Origin: Anaeromyxobacteraceae bacterium
GTDB lineage: Bacteria > Myxococcota > Myxococcia > Myxococcales > Anaeromyxobacteraceae
Length of the DNA stretch: 64,000 nucleotides
Direction of reading: 5' to 3'
NCBI GenBank assembly: GCA_032654565.1
Contig: JAULAX010000005.1
Span: 64,001 to 128,000, forward strand
The stretch's first letter is position 1. Each line of letters starts with the position of its first letter. Shown one piece after another: positions 38,060 through 48,701 of the stretch. The position numbers were made by a program, and so were the translations under genes. The notes under the pieces are model-generated. The model saw only the letters and a program-made list of their open reading frames with translations, did not search any database and had not been told where the DNA came from.

Positions 38060-39334
38060 TCACCGCCCCGGCGCCGCCCGCTCCACCCAGACCTCGACCA
38101 GGTGGCGGGCCACCAGCGCCGCCTTCTCCAGCCCCTCCACCGACAGCCACTCGGTCGGCCCGTGGAAGTTGTGGCCGCCGGCGAAGAGGTTGGGCGTGGG
38201 CAGCCCCATGGCGGTGAGCCGCGAGCCGTCGGTGCCGCCGCGGATGGGCACCCAGCGCGGCTTCACCCCGGCCCGGCGCGTCGCCTCCTCCAGCGCCTCG
38301 GTCACCTCCGGCACCTGCCGCAGCCGGTCGCGCATGTTCCGGTAGGTCGGCTTCACCTCCAGCTCGATGCGGGCGCCGGGGTGGAGCGGCCGCACCTCCT
38401 TGAGGATCCCCTCCAGCAGCTTCCGCTGCTGCCTCAGCCCCGCCTCGTCGAAGTCGCGCAGCAGCAGCTTCACCGACGCCAGCGCCTCCTCGCCGCCGGC
38501 GGTGTGCGGGTGGATGAACCCCTGGTGACCCTCGGTGCGCTCCGGCGACAGGTCCCGCGGCAGCCGGACGATGACGTCGGCCAGCACCCGCAGGGCGTTG
38601 ACCATCACCCCCTTGGCCTCGCCGGGGTGGATGTTGCGTCCGTGGACGGTGATGGTGGCGCCGTCGGCGCTGAAGGTCTCCTTGTTCAGCTCCCCGGTCG
38701 CCCCGCCGTCGACGGTGTAAGCCACGTCGGCGCCGAACCGGGCCAGGTCGAAGTGGGCGGTGCCACGCCCCACCTCCTCGTCCGGCGTGAAGGCCAGCTG
38801 CACGTCGCCGTGGAGCGGCGCCCCCGGTCCGCAGAGCTGCTCGGCCAGCGCCATGATGGCGGCGATGCCGGCCTTGTCGTCGGCGCCCAGCAGCGTGGTC
38901 CCGTCGGCGGTGACGATGCGCTTCCCCACCTGCCCCTTCAGCGCCGGGTTCTCCCGGGCCCGGATCACCACCCGCGGGTCGCCCGGCAGCTGGATGTCCC
39001 CGCCCCGGTAGGTGAAGACCCGCGGCTTGACGCCGGCCCCCGACGCCGACGGCGAGGTGTCGAGGTGGGCGATGAGGCCGACCCGCTTCACCCGGGCCCG
39101 GGCCGGGTGGCGGGGCGGCAGGTTGGACGGCAGGGTGGCCATCACGTAGCCGTGGGTGTCGAGCTTGACCCGCTTCACCCCCATGGCCTTGAGCTCCTTG
39201 ACCAGCAGCCGGGCCAGGTCGAGCTGGGTGCGGGTGCTCGGCACCCCCGCCGCGTCCTCGGCCGACTGGGTGTCGATGCGGGCGTAGCGGAGGAAGCGAT
39301 CGAGGACGGGCTCGAGGCGGCTGGCGGACTTCAC
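38060..39334 (-). CDS. pepT: Peptidase T (M20B tripeptidase)
   Basis: AHLDT, LGADDKAG, PDEEVG, IRGGTDG, GGHNFH; start GTG 39334. Confidence 0.93.
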   Translation of the reverse strand: MKSASRLEPVLDRFLRYARIDTQSAEDAAGVPSTRTQLDLARLLVKELKAMGVKRVKLDTHGYVMATLPSNLPPRHPARARVKRVGLIAHLDTSPSASGAGVKPRVFTYRGGDIQLPGDPRVVIRARENPALKGQVGKRIVTADGTTLLGADDKAGIAAIMALAEQLCGPGAPLHGDVQLAFTPDEEVGRGTAHFDLARFGADVAYTVDGGATGELNKETFSADGATITVHGRNIHPGEAKGVMVNALRVLADVIVRLPRDLSPERTEGHQGFIHPHTAGGEEALASVKLLLRDFDEAGLRQQRKLLEGILKEVRPLHPGARIELEVKPTYRNMRDRLRQVPEVTEALEEATRRAGVKPRWVPIRGGTDGSRLTAMGLPTPNLFAGGHNFHGPTEWLSVEGLEKAALVARHLVEVWVERAAPGR

Positions 39335-41415
39335 GGTGTCGGGTTCCCCTCCGGCGCGGCGCGCCGGCTGACTGTGTAGACTCCGAGTGACAGGAGGGCG
39401 AAGGCGAGCAGGCCGCTCCAGTTGGACCACCCCGCCAGCCACGGGCCGACCCCGGGCAGGCGGGTCAGCTCGGGCACCAGGGTGGCGCCGGTCCGGTCCT
39501 CGACGAACTTGAGCAGGGCGGCGAACACGCCCACCAGCGCCCCGCCGGCGATGAAGCCGGAGGCGATCAGCGTCCCCTGGTCGTGGCGGGCCGCGGCCAC
39601 CGCCCCGTCGCCGGACGACCGGCGCAGCAGCCAGGCCACCGCCGCCCCCACCACCAGCGGCGAGTTGAGCTCCATGGGCAGGTACATGCCGAGGGCGAAG
39701 GCCAGCCCGGAGACGCTGCACAGCTCCAGGGCCACGGCGAAGACCGCGCCCACCGCGTAGAGGAACCAGGGGGCGCCCTCGCTCCCCATCACCCCGCGCA
39801 GCACCGCCGCCATGGCGTTGGGCTGGGGCGCCGGCAGGGCCGCCGGGTGGGCGGCGTCGGGGGTGAAGCCGTAGACGCTGGCCATCAGCATGATCACCGC
39901 GGTGGTGGCGGCCGAGGCCACCACCGACCCGAGGATGTTGGCCACCTCGATGGTGCGCGGCGTGGCCCCCAGCCAGTGGCCGATCTTGTACTGCGTCACC
40001 AGCGAGCCGCTCATGGAGAGCGCGGTGCAGACCACGCCGCCGATGAGCAGCGTCTGCAGCATGCCGCTGGGGCCGGAGAGCCCCAGCGCCGAGAGGGCCA
40101 CCGCGGTGATGATCAGCGTGGTCAGCGTCATCCCGGAGATGGGGGTGATGGAGATGAGGGCGATGGCCCAGGCCGAGACGGCGGCGAAGAGGAAGGCCAC
40201 CCCCAGGGTCAGCGCGGTGGCCACCAGCGCCAGCGCCGTGGCCCGGGGCTCGCCGGCCAGCACCGAGAAGCGGAAGTAGGCGGCCACCGCCAACCCCACC
40301 GCGGCGATGCCGAGCAGGTCGACCGACATGGGGAGGGCGCGGTCGGTCCGCGCCGTCGCCGCCACCGCCCCGCCGCGGGCCAGCCGCGCCACCTCGGCCA
40401 CCGCCTGGCGACCGGCCTGGACGATCACCGGCGACATCTTGAGGATGGAGATGACCCCGGCCGCGAAGATGCCGCCGATGCCGATGGGGCGGACCCAGGT
40501 GGCGAAGATGGCCTCGGCCGGCATGCCGGCCAGCGGCACCGCGGCCGGCGGCAGGACCCCGGCCAGGTGCGGGCCGAACCAGGCGAAGAGCGGCACCAGC
40601 GCGAAGAAGGAGACCATCGAGCCGGCCAGGATGATGGCGGCGTAGTCGACCCCCATGATGTAGCCGAGGCCGAAGATGGCCGCCGAGGTGTTCATGGAGA
40701 AGACCGCCCGGGTCCGCTCGGTGAAGCCGGCCAGCGCCCCGATGGCGGCGGTGGAGAAGGTGTCGGCGAAGAGCTTCAGGCTGGGCCCGGCGAAGTCGTA
40801 GACCGCCGCCGTGGCCGCCGACCAGGCCAGCACCACGGCGCTGCGGCCGCCGCGGTTGCCGGCCACCAGGATCTCGGTGGTGGCCCGGGCCTCGGGGAAT
40901 GGCAGCCGGCCGTGCAGGTCGTGGGTGAAGTAGCGGCGGAAGGGGACCAGCAGGAACACCCCCAGCACCGCCCCCAGCAGCGGCACGATGAAGATCTGCC
41001 AGAAGCCGGAGCGCCCCTCCAGGCCGAGGATGTAGACCGCCGGCATGGTGAAGACCGAGCCGCCGGCGACGATGCCGGAGGTGGCGCCGATGGCCAGCAC
41101 GTTGACGTTCTCCAGCAGCGTCGAGGCCCGGCCCAGCGCCCGGGCCAGCACCGAGGAGAGGCCGACGGTGAGGATGGCGATGGGGATGGCCGACTCGATC
41201 CCCTGCCCCAGCTTGAGCGCGATGTAGGTGGCGGCGGCGGAGAAGACCGCCGACCAGATCACCCCCTGCACGATGGTGCGGGCGGTGACCTCGGGCGGCG
41301 AGGCGCTGGCGGGGACCAGCGGGTGGTAGACCTCGCCCGGCTCGAGCGGGCGGAAGGCGTTCTCCGGCAGGCCGGCCGGCGGGCCCCCGGCCTCGGCGTG
41401 GTCGGGCGGGCTCAT
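39331..41415 (-). CDS. OPT/YSL-family oligopeptide transporter
   Basis: LKLGQGIESAIPI, LPFPEARAT, KIGHWLGATP, PAPQPNAM. Confidence 0.9.
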   Translation of the reverse strand: MSPPDHAEAGGPPAGLPENAFRPLEPGEVYHPLVPASASPPEVTARTIVQGVIWSAVFSAAATYIALKLGQGIESAIPIAILTVGLSSVLARALGRASTLLENVNVLAIGATSGIVAGGSVFTMPAVYILGLEGRSGFWQIFIVPLLGAVLGVFLLVPFRRYFTHDLHGRLPFPEARATTEILVAGNRGGRSAVVLAWSAATAAVYDFAGPSLKLFADTFSTAAIGALAGFTERTRAVFSMNTSAAIFGLGYIMGVDYAAIILAGSMVSFFALVPLFAWFGPHLAGVLPPAAVPLAGMPAEAIFATWVRPIGIGGIFAAGVISILKMSPVIVQAGRQAVAEVARLARGGAVAATARTDRALPMSVDLLGIAAVGLAVAAYFRFSVLAGEPRATALALVATALTLGVAFLFAAVSAWAIALISITPISGMTLTTLIITAVALSALGLSGPSGMLQTLLIGGVVCTALSMSGSLVTQYKIGHWLGATPRTIEVANILGSVVASAATTAVIMLMASVYGFTPDAAHPAALPAPQPNAMAAVLRGVMGSEGAPWFLYAVGAVFAVALELCSVSGLAFALGMYLPMELNSPLVVGAAVAWLLRRSSGDGAVAAARHDQGTLIASGFIAGGALVGVFAALLKFVEDRTGATLVPELTRLPGVGPWLAGWSNWSGLLAFALLSLGVYTVSRRAAPEGNPTP

Positions 41416-41428
41416 GGCGCCCCCGGCC

Positions 41429-43432
41429 TCACCGGGTGGCCGCCGGCTCGCGCTTCACCGAGGCGAACCAGAGGTAGAGGCAGAGCGCCGCGAAGGCCAG
41501 CAGGCTGACGGTCTGGGAGATCGACTCGGTGTCGTAGAAGGGCAGCTTGATCCAGTCCTCGCTGTAGCCCGGGATCATGCGCAGCGCGGCGCCGAAGACC
41601 CCGCCCAGGGCCCCGCCGGCCAGCAGCCCGGAGGCGATGACCACCCCACGCTCGCGCATGGTCCGTCCGGCGTCGCCGCCCACCCGCTCCGACTTGCGGG
41701 TGAGGAAGTGGGCGATGAAGCCGCCCACCAGCGCCGGCGAGTTGAGCTCCAGCGGCAGGTACATGCCGAGGGCGAAGGTGAGCGCCGGGATGGAGAGCAT
41801 CTCCATGATCACGGCGATGACGGCGCCGATGGCGAAGAGCAGGTAGGCCACCGGCTGGTGGCTCATGAACCCCTCCACCAGCACCTTCATCAGGGAGGCC
41901 TGCGGCGACGCCAGCACCGTCCGGGTGTCCCCCGGGGCCGCCTCGCCGAACTGGAAGTAGCGGGCCAACAGCACGATGGTGAGGCCGGCCACCGCCGAGG
42001 CCACCAGCACCCCGAGGAACTTGACCCGCTCCTGCTCCCGCGGCGTCGAGCCCAGCCAGTAGCCGACCTTGAGGTCGGTGACCGTCTGCCCGGAGACCGA
42101 GAGGGCGGTGCAGACCATGCCAGCGATGGCCATGACGAAGAACATGCCGGTGCGGCCGGAGAGGCCGAACTCCAGCAGCACCACCGAGGAGACGATCACC
42201 GTCAGCATGGTCATGCCGGAGACCGGGTTGCGGGCGGTGGTGGCGATGGCGTTGGCGGCCACCGAGGTGAAGAAGAAGGAGAAGAGCAGGACCAGCAGCA
42301 GCCCCACCAGCAGCACGGTGGCGGTGACGCCGAGGTTGCCGAGGAAGATGGCCACCGCCAGCGCCGAGACCACCACCCCGGCCAGGATGGTCATCACCGA
42401 GACGTCGCGGTCGGTCCGCTCCAGGGCCTGCTCGCCGCCGGCCCGGAAGGCCTTGACCGCGATGGCGAAGGAGCCGACCACGATCTTGAGCGACTTGAGG
42501 ATGCCGAAGATGCCAGCGGTGGCGATGGCGCCGACGCCGATGAGCCGGACGTAGCCGCGGAAGATCTGGTTGGCGTCCATGCCGGCGATGGCCTTGGTGC
42601 CCGGGTAGACCGCCTCGGGGACGTGGCTGCCGATGAACCAGATGAGCGGCACCAGCACCAGGTTGGAGAGCACGCCGCCGGCGCAGAGCAGCAGCGACGA
42701 GCGCAGCCCCATCACGTAGCCGAGGCCGAGGATGAAGCCCAGCGCGTCGAAGGAGAGCGTCATCCGCGCCTTCTGGGCCAGCCCCTCGACGGCCGGCAGG
42801 AAGCGCAGGTCGATGGTCTCCTTCCAGACCTGGAAGGTGGTGACGAAGAAGTCGTAGACCGCGGCGATGCCGGTGGCCTGGAGCAGCAGGGCCGCCTGCG
42901 AGCCCCCCTTCTCGCCGGTCACCAGCACCTCGGTGATGGCGGTGGCCTCCGGGTAGGGGAACTGGCCGTGGGTCTCGCGGACGAAGTAGCGGCGCAGCGG
43001 CAGCAGGAAGAGCACCCCCAGCATGCCGCCGGCGATGCAGATGAAGATGGTCTGCCAGGGGTGGGGGTCGAGCTTGAGGATGTAGAGCGCCGGCAGGGTG
43101 AAGACCGCCCCCGCCACCACCGAGCCGGAGACGCCGCCGATGCCGGTGATGATGACGTTCTCCAGCAGCGTGGAGCGGCGCTTGTAGACCCGCCCCAGCC
43201 CGATGGCGAGGATGGAGATGGGGATGGCCGCCTCCATCACCTGCCCGACCTTGAGCCCCGAGTAGGCCGAGGCGGCGGTGAAGATGACGCAGAGGAAGAC
43301 GCCCCAGAGCACCGAGCGCCAGGTCGACTCCGGCACGCTGGCGCTGGCCGGGACCACGGGCTGGTAGACCTGGCCCGGAGCCAGCGGCAGGTAGGCGTTC
43401 TCCGGGAGTGATCTCGTCTCGGTGGCTTCCAT
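41429..43432 (-). CDS. OPT/YSL-family oligopeptide transporter
   Basis: LKVGQVMEAAIPI, YPEATA, DLKVGYWLGSTP, SPQASLM. Confidence 0.92.
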   Translation of the reverse strand: MEATETRSLPENAYLPLAPGQVYQPVVPASASVPESTWRSVLWGVFLCVIFTAASAYSGLKVGQVMEAAIPISILAIGLGRVYKRRSTLLENVIITGIGGVSGSVVAGAVFTLPALYILKLDPHPWQTIFICIAGGMLGVLFLLPLRRYFVRETHGQFPYPEATAITEVLVTGEKGGSQAALLLQATGIAAVYDFFVTTFQVWKETIDLRFLPAVEGLAQKARMTLSFDALGFILGLGYVMGLRSSLLLCAGGVLSNLVLVPLIWFIGSHVPEAVYPGTKAIAGMDANQIFRGYVRLIGVGAIATAGIFGILKSLKIVVGSFAIAVKAFRAGGEQALERTDRDVSVMTILAGVVVSALAVAIFLGNLGVTATVLLVGLLLVLLFSFFFTSVAANAIATTARNPVSGMTMLTVIVSSVVLLEFGLSGRTGMFFVMAIAGMVCTALSVSGQTVTDLKVGYWLGSTPREQERVKFLGVLVASAVAGLTIVLLARYFQFGEAAPGDTRTVLASPQASLMKVLVEGFMSHQPVAYLLFAIGAVIAVIMEMLSIPALTFALGMYLPLELNSPALVGGFIAHFLTRKSERVGGDAGRTMRERGVVIASGLLAGGALGGVFGAALRMIPGYSEDWIKLPFYDTESISQTVSLLAFAALCLYLWFASVKREPAATR

Positions 43433-43576
43433 CCGGTCTCCGGCTCCCTGGGCCCTCGGCCCCGTTGGCGGCGCAGTCTAGAGCACATCCCCCCGGCTCG
43501 CAGCAGGCTTCGGGACGGCGGGGGGCGCCGCCGGAAGGGCGTGATCTCCGGCGCCGGCCGGCTTAAGGGTGTGTCC

Positions 43577-44923
43577 ATGCCCGACGAGACCCTGCTGACC
43601 CGGACCACCGCCACCGCCATCCTCGGCATCGACACCCTCTTCGGCGGGGACGTGCTCGACCCCTCCGGCACCGGCCGCTTCATCGCCGACAGCTGGTTCT
43701 CCGACCAGCCGCTCCCGGCCGCCTACACCCACCCGGCCGCGGCGGCGCTGCGCAAGGCGGGCGGGGTGGCCGCCAAGGCCCCCGACCTGGCCGCGCTCGA
43801 CGCCTACCTGGCCGCGGTCGACGTGGCGGCGGCGGTGAAGGAGCTGGCCCGGCTGGCGGGGACCATCGGCGGCCTGCGCGGCGCCTACCTCGGCGGCATG
43901 GCCGACAGCCTGCAGGCCATGGTGGAGCTGGCGCTCGAGCTGGTCGGCCGCGGCCCCAAGGTGGACTACGACCGCTGCGTGGTCACCTCCACCGGCAAGC
44001 CCCCCGAGCCCTCCTCCCCCGAGGCCAAGCGCCGCCGGGTCGCCGAGCTGCTGGCCAAGGCCGGCTACCGCGCCGGCACGCCGGAGGAGCTGCTGGCGGC
44101 CGTCGACGCCTGGCGCGCCGACCGGCTGGTGCCGAAGAAGTCGATCGCCCAGCTGGCCGACGCCTTCATCGCCCAGCTCGACGAGGGGACGCGGCGCCAC
44201 CTCGTCCCCCACCTGCCGGCCTCGCTCCACGCCGTGCCGCGGGCCAACATCACCTTCCTCCCCATCACCGACGCCTGGTTCTCCGGCTCGATGAACTACG
44301 TGGGGCGGGCCCGGAACGCCGACGGCTCGCCGCAGTACGAGGCCACCTACGAGATCAACGCCTCGCTGGAGATCTCGGTCCCCGAGTTCGCCCAGCTGGT
44401 GAGCCACGAGGTGGTGCCGGGCCACGTCACCAACTTCGCGCTCACCCAGGGGCTCTCCGTGGCCGGGAAGCTGGGCTTCGAGGCCACCGTGCTCACCATG
44501 AACACCCGCGGCGCCGCGCTCTCCGAGGGGATCGCCAACAACGCCATCCTGATGGCCTTCGGGGTCACCGAGGTGGAGCAGCTGCCCGACGCCGACCTGC
44601 AGCTCGGCACCCTGCTGGCGCTGCTGCAGGACGACGCCAAGAACCAGTCGTCCTGGCTCACCTGGCGGGAGCAGCGGCCCCAGGCCGAGGTGGCGGCCAC
44701 GCTGCGGCGCGACTTCCTCTGCTCGGCCGAGCGGGCCGACAAGCTCTCCGGCGCCTGGGGGCGCCACCCGCTGCTGGGGCGCATGTACCTGCCCGCCTAC
44801 CGGGCCGGCACCGAGAAGGTGGCCGAGCTGCGCCGCCGCCACCCGCCGGAGAAGGTCATCCCGGCGCTCTACAACGTCAACGGCCTGGTGGACCTCGTCA
44901 CCATCGACCAGGTGCTCCGGTGA
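43577..44923 (+). CDS. Hypothetical protein with HExxxxH motif (DUF885-like putative metallopeptidase)
   Basis: SHEVVPGH followed by SEGIA. Confidence 0.7.
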   Translation: MPDETLLTRTTATAILGIDTLFGGDVLDPSGTGRFIADSWFSDQPLPAAYTHPAAAALRKAGGVAAKAPDLAALDAYLAAVDVAAAVKELARLAGTIGGLRGAYLGGMADSLQAMVELALELVGRGPKVDYDRCVVTSTGKPPEPSSPEAKRRRVAELLAKAGYRAGTPEELLAAVDAWRADRLVPKKSIAQLADAFIAQLDEGTRRHLVPHLPASLHAVPRANITFLPITDAWFSGSMNYVGRARNADGSPQYEATYEINASLEISVPEFAQLVSHEVVPGHVTNFALTQGLSVAGKLGFEATVLTMNTRGAALSEGIANNAILMAFGVTEVEQLPDADLQLGTLLALLQDDAKNQSSWLTWREQRPQAEVAATLRRDFLCSAERADKLSGAWGRHPLLGRMYLPAYRAGTEKVAELRRRHPPEKVIPALYNVNGLVDLVTIDQVLR

Positions 44924-45475
44924 GCGCCCGGAGCCTGCTCCTGCTGGCGGCGCTGCTCCTCCCCTCGCCGGCGCCGGCCGCGCCGACCCGCGGCCCCGAC
45001 CCCGCCTCCGGCCGCGGCGACGGCCCCGGCGGTCGACCGCTGGGCGCCGCTGCGCCCCCTGCTCGGGGAGTGGGTGGGCGAGCCCTCCGGCCGCCCCGGC
45101 GAGCCGCTGTCGAGCGCCGCCGCCTTCGAGCTGCAGCTCAAGGACGGCATCCTGGTGCGGCGCCACGTGGCCCAGCTGCCGGCCCGGGCCGCCGGGGCCC
45201 CGTCCACCGTCCACGAGGACCTGCTGGTGATCTGGCCCGACGGCGACGGCTTCCGCGCCACCTCCTGGGACAACGAGGGGCACGTCATCGCCTACGTGGT
45301 GAAGGCCACCGCCGAGGCGGTGGTCTTCGACACCGAGCCGGGCGCCCCGCGCCGCTTCCGGCTCGAGTACCGCTTCCGCCCCGACGGCGGCCAGGCCATC
45401 ACCTTCTCCTTCGCCCGGCCCGGCGGCGAGCTCACGCCCTACACCAGCGGCGGCGCCCACCGCCGCGCCAGGTAG
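44920..45475 (+). pseudogene. Frameshifted secreted protein (or sequencing error)
   Basis: Signal peptide MSARSLLLLAALLL in the frame of 44920; mature domain (DRWAPLRPLLGEWVGE...) in another frame; shift at ~44955-44990. Confidence 0.65.
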
Positions 45476-45480
45476 GCGGC

Positions 45481-46686
45481 GTGGCCCGGCTGGCGCTGTC
45501 GCTGGCGGAGGCCCGCCGGGTGGCGCTGGCCGCGCAGGGGTTCGGGCGCCCCCGCCCGGCCCACCCCACCGCCCGCCACCTGCTGGCCACGGTCCGCCGG
45601 CTCGGCCTGCTGCAGTTCGACTCGGTCGGCGTGCTGGCGCCGGCCCACTACCAGCCGCTCTTCTCGCGCCTCGGCCCCTACGACCGGGCGCTGCTCGACG
45701 ACCTGACCTACCGGCGCCGCCTCCTCACCGAGCAGTGGGCCCATGAGGCCTCGATCATCCCGGTCGAGACCTGGCCGCTGCTGCGCCACCGGATGGAGGC
45801 GCACCGGCTCAGGCCGGACGGCTTCGAGCGCCAGCTGGCGCGCCACCCGGACTACGCCGGCGCGGTGCTCGAGGCGGTGCGGGCCCGCGGTCCGCTGGCC
45901 GCCGAGGACCTGGAGCATCCCCCCGGCTCGGAGCGCCGGCTGGCGGTCGACTGGTACGGCACCTTCCCGCGGGCCACGCTCGAGGCCTTCTTCGGCCGCG
46001 GCGAGCTGGCCGTGGCGGGGCGGCTGCGCAACATGGCGCGGCGGTACGATCTCGCCGAGCGGGTCATCCCCGCCAGCGCGCTGGCGCGGCGGGTCACGCC
46101 CGCCGAGGCCCGGCGGGCGCTGCTGGAGCAGGCGGCCCGCGCCACCGGCGTCGGCACCGTGCGCGACCTGGCCGACTACTTCCGCATGCGCACCGCCGAG
46201 GCCCGGCCGCACCTCGACGAGCTGCGGGAGGCCGGGGTGCTCCGCGCCGTCCGGGTCGAGGGCTGGCGCGAGCCCGCCCTGCTCCACGCCGAGGCGGTCC
46301 TGCCTCGCCGCCTCGAGGCGGCGGCGCTGCTCTCGCCCTTCGACCCGGTGGTCTGGTTCCGGCCGCGCGCGCTCCGGCTCTTCGGCCTCGACCACCGGCT
46401 GGAGATCTACACGCCGGCGCCGAAGCGGCGCTGGGGCTACTACGTCCTCCCCTTCCTGCTCGGCGACCGGCTGGTGGCGCGGCTCGACCTGCGCGCCGAC
46501 CGGGAGACGGGGCGGCTGCTGGTGCTGGCGGCCCACCTCGAGGACGGGCACCGGGCCGGCGAGGTGACCGGTCCGCTGGCCGCCGAGCTGGGGCAGCTGG
46601 CCAGCTGGCTCGGGCTCGACGAGGTGCGGGTGGCGCGGCGGGGGAGGCTGGCGGCGGCGCTCGCGGCCGAGGTCCGGGCGCGCTAA
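45481..46686 (+). CDS. ycaQ: YcaQ/AlkZ-family (HTH_42) DNA crosslink-repair glycosylase
   Basis: LQFDSV (QxD), WAHEAS, LSPFDP, EIYTPAPKRRWGYY. Confidence 0.85.
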   Translation: MARLALSLAEARRVALAAQGFGRPRPAHPTARHLLATVRRLGLLQFDSVGVLAPAHYQPLFSRLGPYDRALLDDLTYRRRLLTEQWAHEASIIPVETWPLLRHRMEAHRLRPDGFERQLARHPDYAGAVLEAVRARGPLAAEDLEHPPGSERRLAVDWYGTFPRATLEAFFGRGELAVAGRLRNMARRYDLAERVIPASALARRVTPAEARRALLEQAARATGVGTVRDLADYFRMRTAEARPHLDELREAGVLRAVRVEGWREPALLHAEAVLPRRLEAAALLSPFDPVVWFRPRALRLFGLDHRLEIYTPAPKRRWGYYVLPFLLGDRLVARLDLRADRETGRLLVLAAHLEDGHRAGEVTGPLAAELGQLASWLGLDEVRVARRGRLAAALAAEVRAR

Positions 46687-46695
46687 GGACAGGGG

Positions 46696-47079
<384 letters not shown>

Positions 47080-47090
47080 GACGGGCCGAC

Positions 47091-47768
47091 GTGGCGCGCC
47101 ACCGCGACGAGCCGGGCTGGGAGGCGGCGCTGGCCGCGCAGCTGGCGACCGGCGCGCTGCCCGGCGACGCCCGCTTCGACCGGCTCTTCGGCGAGCGGCT
47201 GGTCCCGCTGGCCGCCCTCCATTTCACGCCGGTGGCGGTGGCGGCGCGCGCCGCTGCCTGGTTGACGGAGGGTGGAGCGACCCAGGTGGCCGACCTCGGC
47301 GCCGGGGCCGGCAAGTTCTGCCTGGTGGGGGCGGCGGTGACCGGCGCCACCTTCACCGGCCTGGAGGCGCGCCAGGGGCTGGTCCGGATCGCCCGCGACG
47401 CCGCCCGCCGGCTCGGGCTCGCCACCGCCCGCTTCACGGTGGCCGACGTCCTCACCGCGCCGCTCGGCCGCTACCAGGCCTTCTACGTCTGCAACCCGTT
47501 CGCCGAGGCGGAGGCCGAGCCGGACGAGTGGCTCGACGCCGACCTGCCGGCCCTGGACAAGGCGGCCGCCGCCGCGGCCCTCGCGGCCCGCCTCGACGCC
47601 CTGCCGCCCGGGACCCGCGTCGCCGTCCACTGCGGCCTCGGCGCCCCCATGCCGGGGGGCTACCGGCTGGCCTCGAGCGAGCCGCTCGGCCGCCGCGGCG
47701 CGCTGCTGGAGTGCTGGGTGCGGGGGCACGGGCCATGCACATCGCCAGGAGCGAAAGGATGTGCCTGA
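47091..47768 (+). CDS. Class I SAM-dependent methyltransferase
   Basis: HFTPV, ADLGAGAGKF, NPF motif. Confidence 0.8.
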   Translation: MARHRDEPGWEAALAAQLATGALPGDARFDRLFGERLVPLAALHFTPVAVAARAAAWLTEGGATQVADLGAGAGKFCLVGAAVTGATFTGLEARQGLVRIARDAARRLGLATARFTVADVLTAPLGRYQAFYVCNPFAEAEAEPDEWLDADLPALDKAAAAAALAARLDALPPGTRVAVHCGLGAPMPGGYRLASSEPLGRRGALLECWVRGHGPCTSPGAKGCA

Positions 47769-48142
47769 TGAGAACTCTTCTGGGGATGCTGGTGGGATTG
47801 TCGCTGGCCGGGTGCCTGGCGACCGTGGGACCCGACGGCCGGGTGGTGGGCGGTGAGGCCAGCTTCTCGCTGGTGCTCCCGCAGGTGCTCCCGCCGCTGG
47901 TGGTGGTGCAGCCGGGCATCAGCGTGGTCAGCGACATGGACCATGAAGTCTTCTATTCCGACGGCTACTACTGGGCGCGGCAGGACCGGGGCTGGTACCG
48001 CTCGCAGGACCACCGCCGCGGCTGGACCTACGTCGAGGAGCGCCACGTCCCGACGGTGATCGTCCGGTCGCCCCCGGGCCAGTACCGGCGCTACCACGGT
48101 GAGGGCCACCGCCCCGACCCGCGCGACAAGGACCGCCGCTAG
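47768..48142 (+). CDS. Small lipoprotein
   Basis: AAGGA RBS, lipobox LAGC, aromatic-rich body (FYSDGYYW..GWY). Confidence 0.75.
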   Translation: MRTLLGMLVGLSLAGCLATVGPDGRVVGGEASFSLVLPQVLPPLVVVQPGISVVSDMDHEVFYSDGYYWARQDRGWYRSQDHRRGWTYVEERHVPTVIVRSPPGQYRRYHGEGHRPDPRDKDRR

Positions 48143-48287
48143 TCGCCGGCCGCCCCCCGTTTGCGAACGTTCGTGAACGGGGCGGCGGGCGTCGAATCCC
48201 GGGCAAAGGGGAGGCGCGGCGACGCGCCTTGGGGTATTCCTCCTGCGCCCGCGCCCTGGAAGCGCGGCGAACCCCAGGGAGCCCGCC

Positions 48288-48653
48288 ATGTCCACCACCC
48301 CCGCCCGCGCCCTCGACACCTTCCCCAACCCCAAGCCGGGCCGCCCGTACCAGATCGCCATGGTCTGCCCGGAGTTCACCTGCGTCTGCCCCAAGACCGG
48401 CCAGCCCGACTTCGCCACCATCCGGCTCCGCTACGTCCCCAACAAGACCTGCGTCGAGCTCAAGAGCCTCAAGCTCTACCTCTGGTCGTTCCGCGACGAG
48501 GGGACCTTCCACGAGGCGGTCACCAACCGCATCTGTGACGACCTGGTGAAGGCCATCGCCCCGCGCTGGATCGAGGTGGAGGGCGACTTCGCCGTCCGCG
48601 GCGGGATCCACACCGTGGTGACCGCCCGCCACGGCAAGCGCCCGGCCGAATAG
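48288..48653 (+). CDS. queF: preQ0 reductase QueF (short type)
   Basis: [33 protein letters not shown]. Confidence 0.95.
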   Translation: MSTTPARALDTFPNPKPGRPYQIAMVCPEFTCVCPKTGQPDFATIRLRYVPNKTCVELKSLKLYLWSFRDEGTFHEAVTNRICDDLVKAIAPRWIEVEGDFAVRGGIHTVVTARHGKRPAE

Positions 48654-48701
48654 GTCGCCCCCTTCCCTTCGCCACGAGAGACCGGGCTAGAATCCACGCG
48701 C

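Noticed and set aside
44921..45074. TGA of the 43577 gene is in frame with the 45074 ORF, suggesting selenocysteine readthrough
   Set aside because: The intervening frame reads as non-protein (APGACSCWRR) while the other frame gives a clean signal peptide; a frameshift explains it better, and no convincing SECIS was seen
48143..48287. preQ1 riboswitch upstream of queF; CGAACGTTCG palindrome
   Set aside because: No AT-rich preQ1 motif; the palindrome is too short to assign
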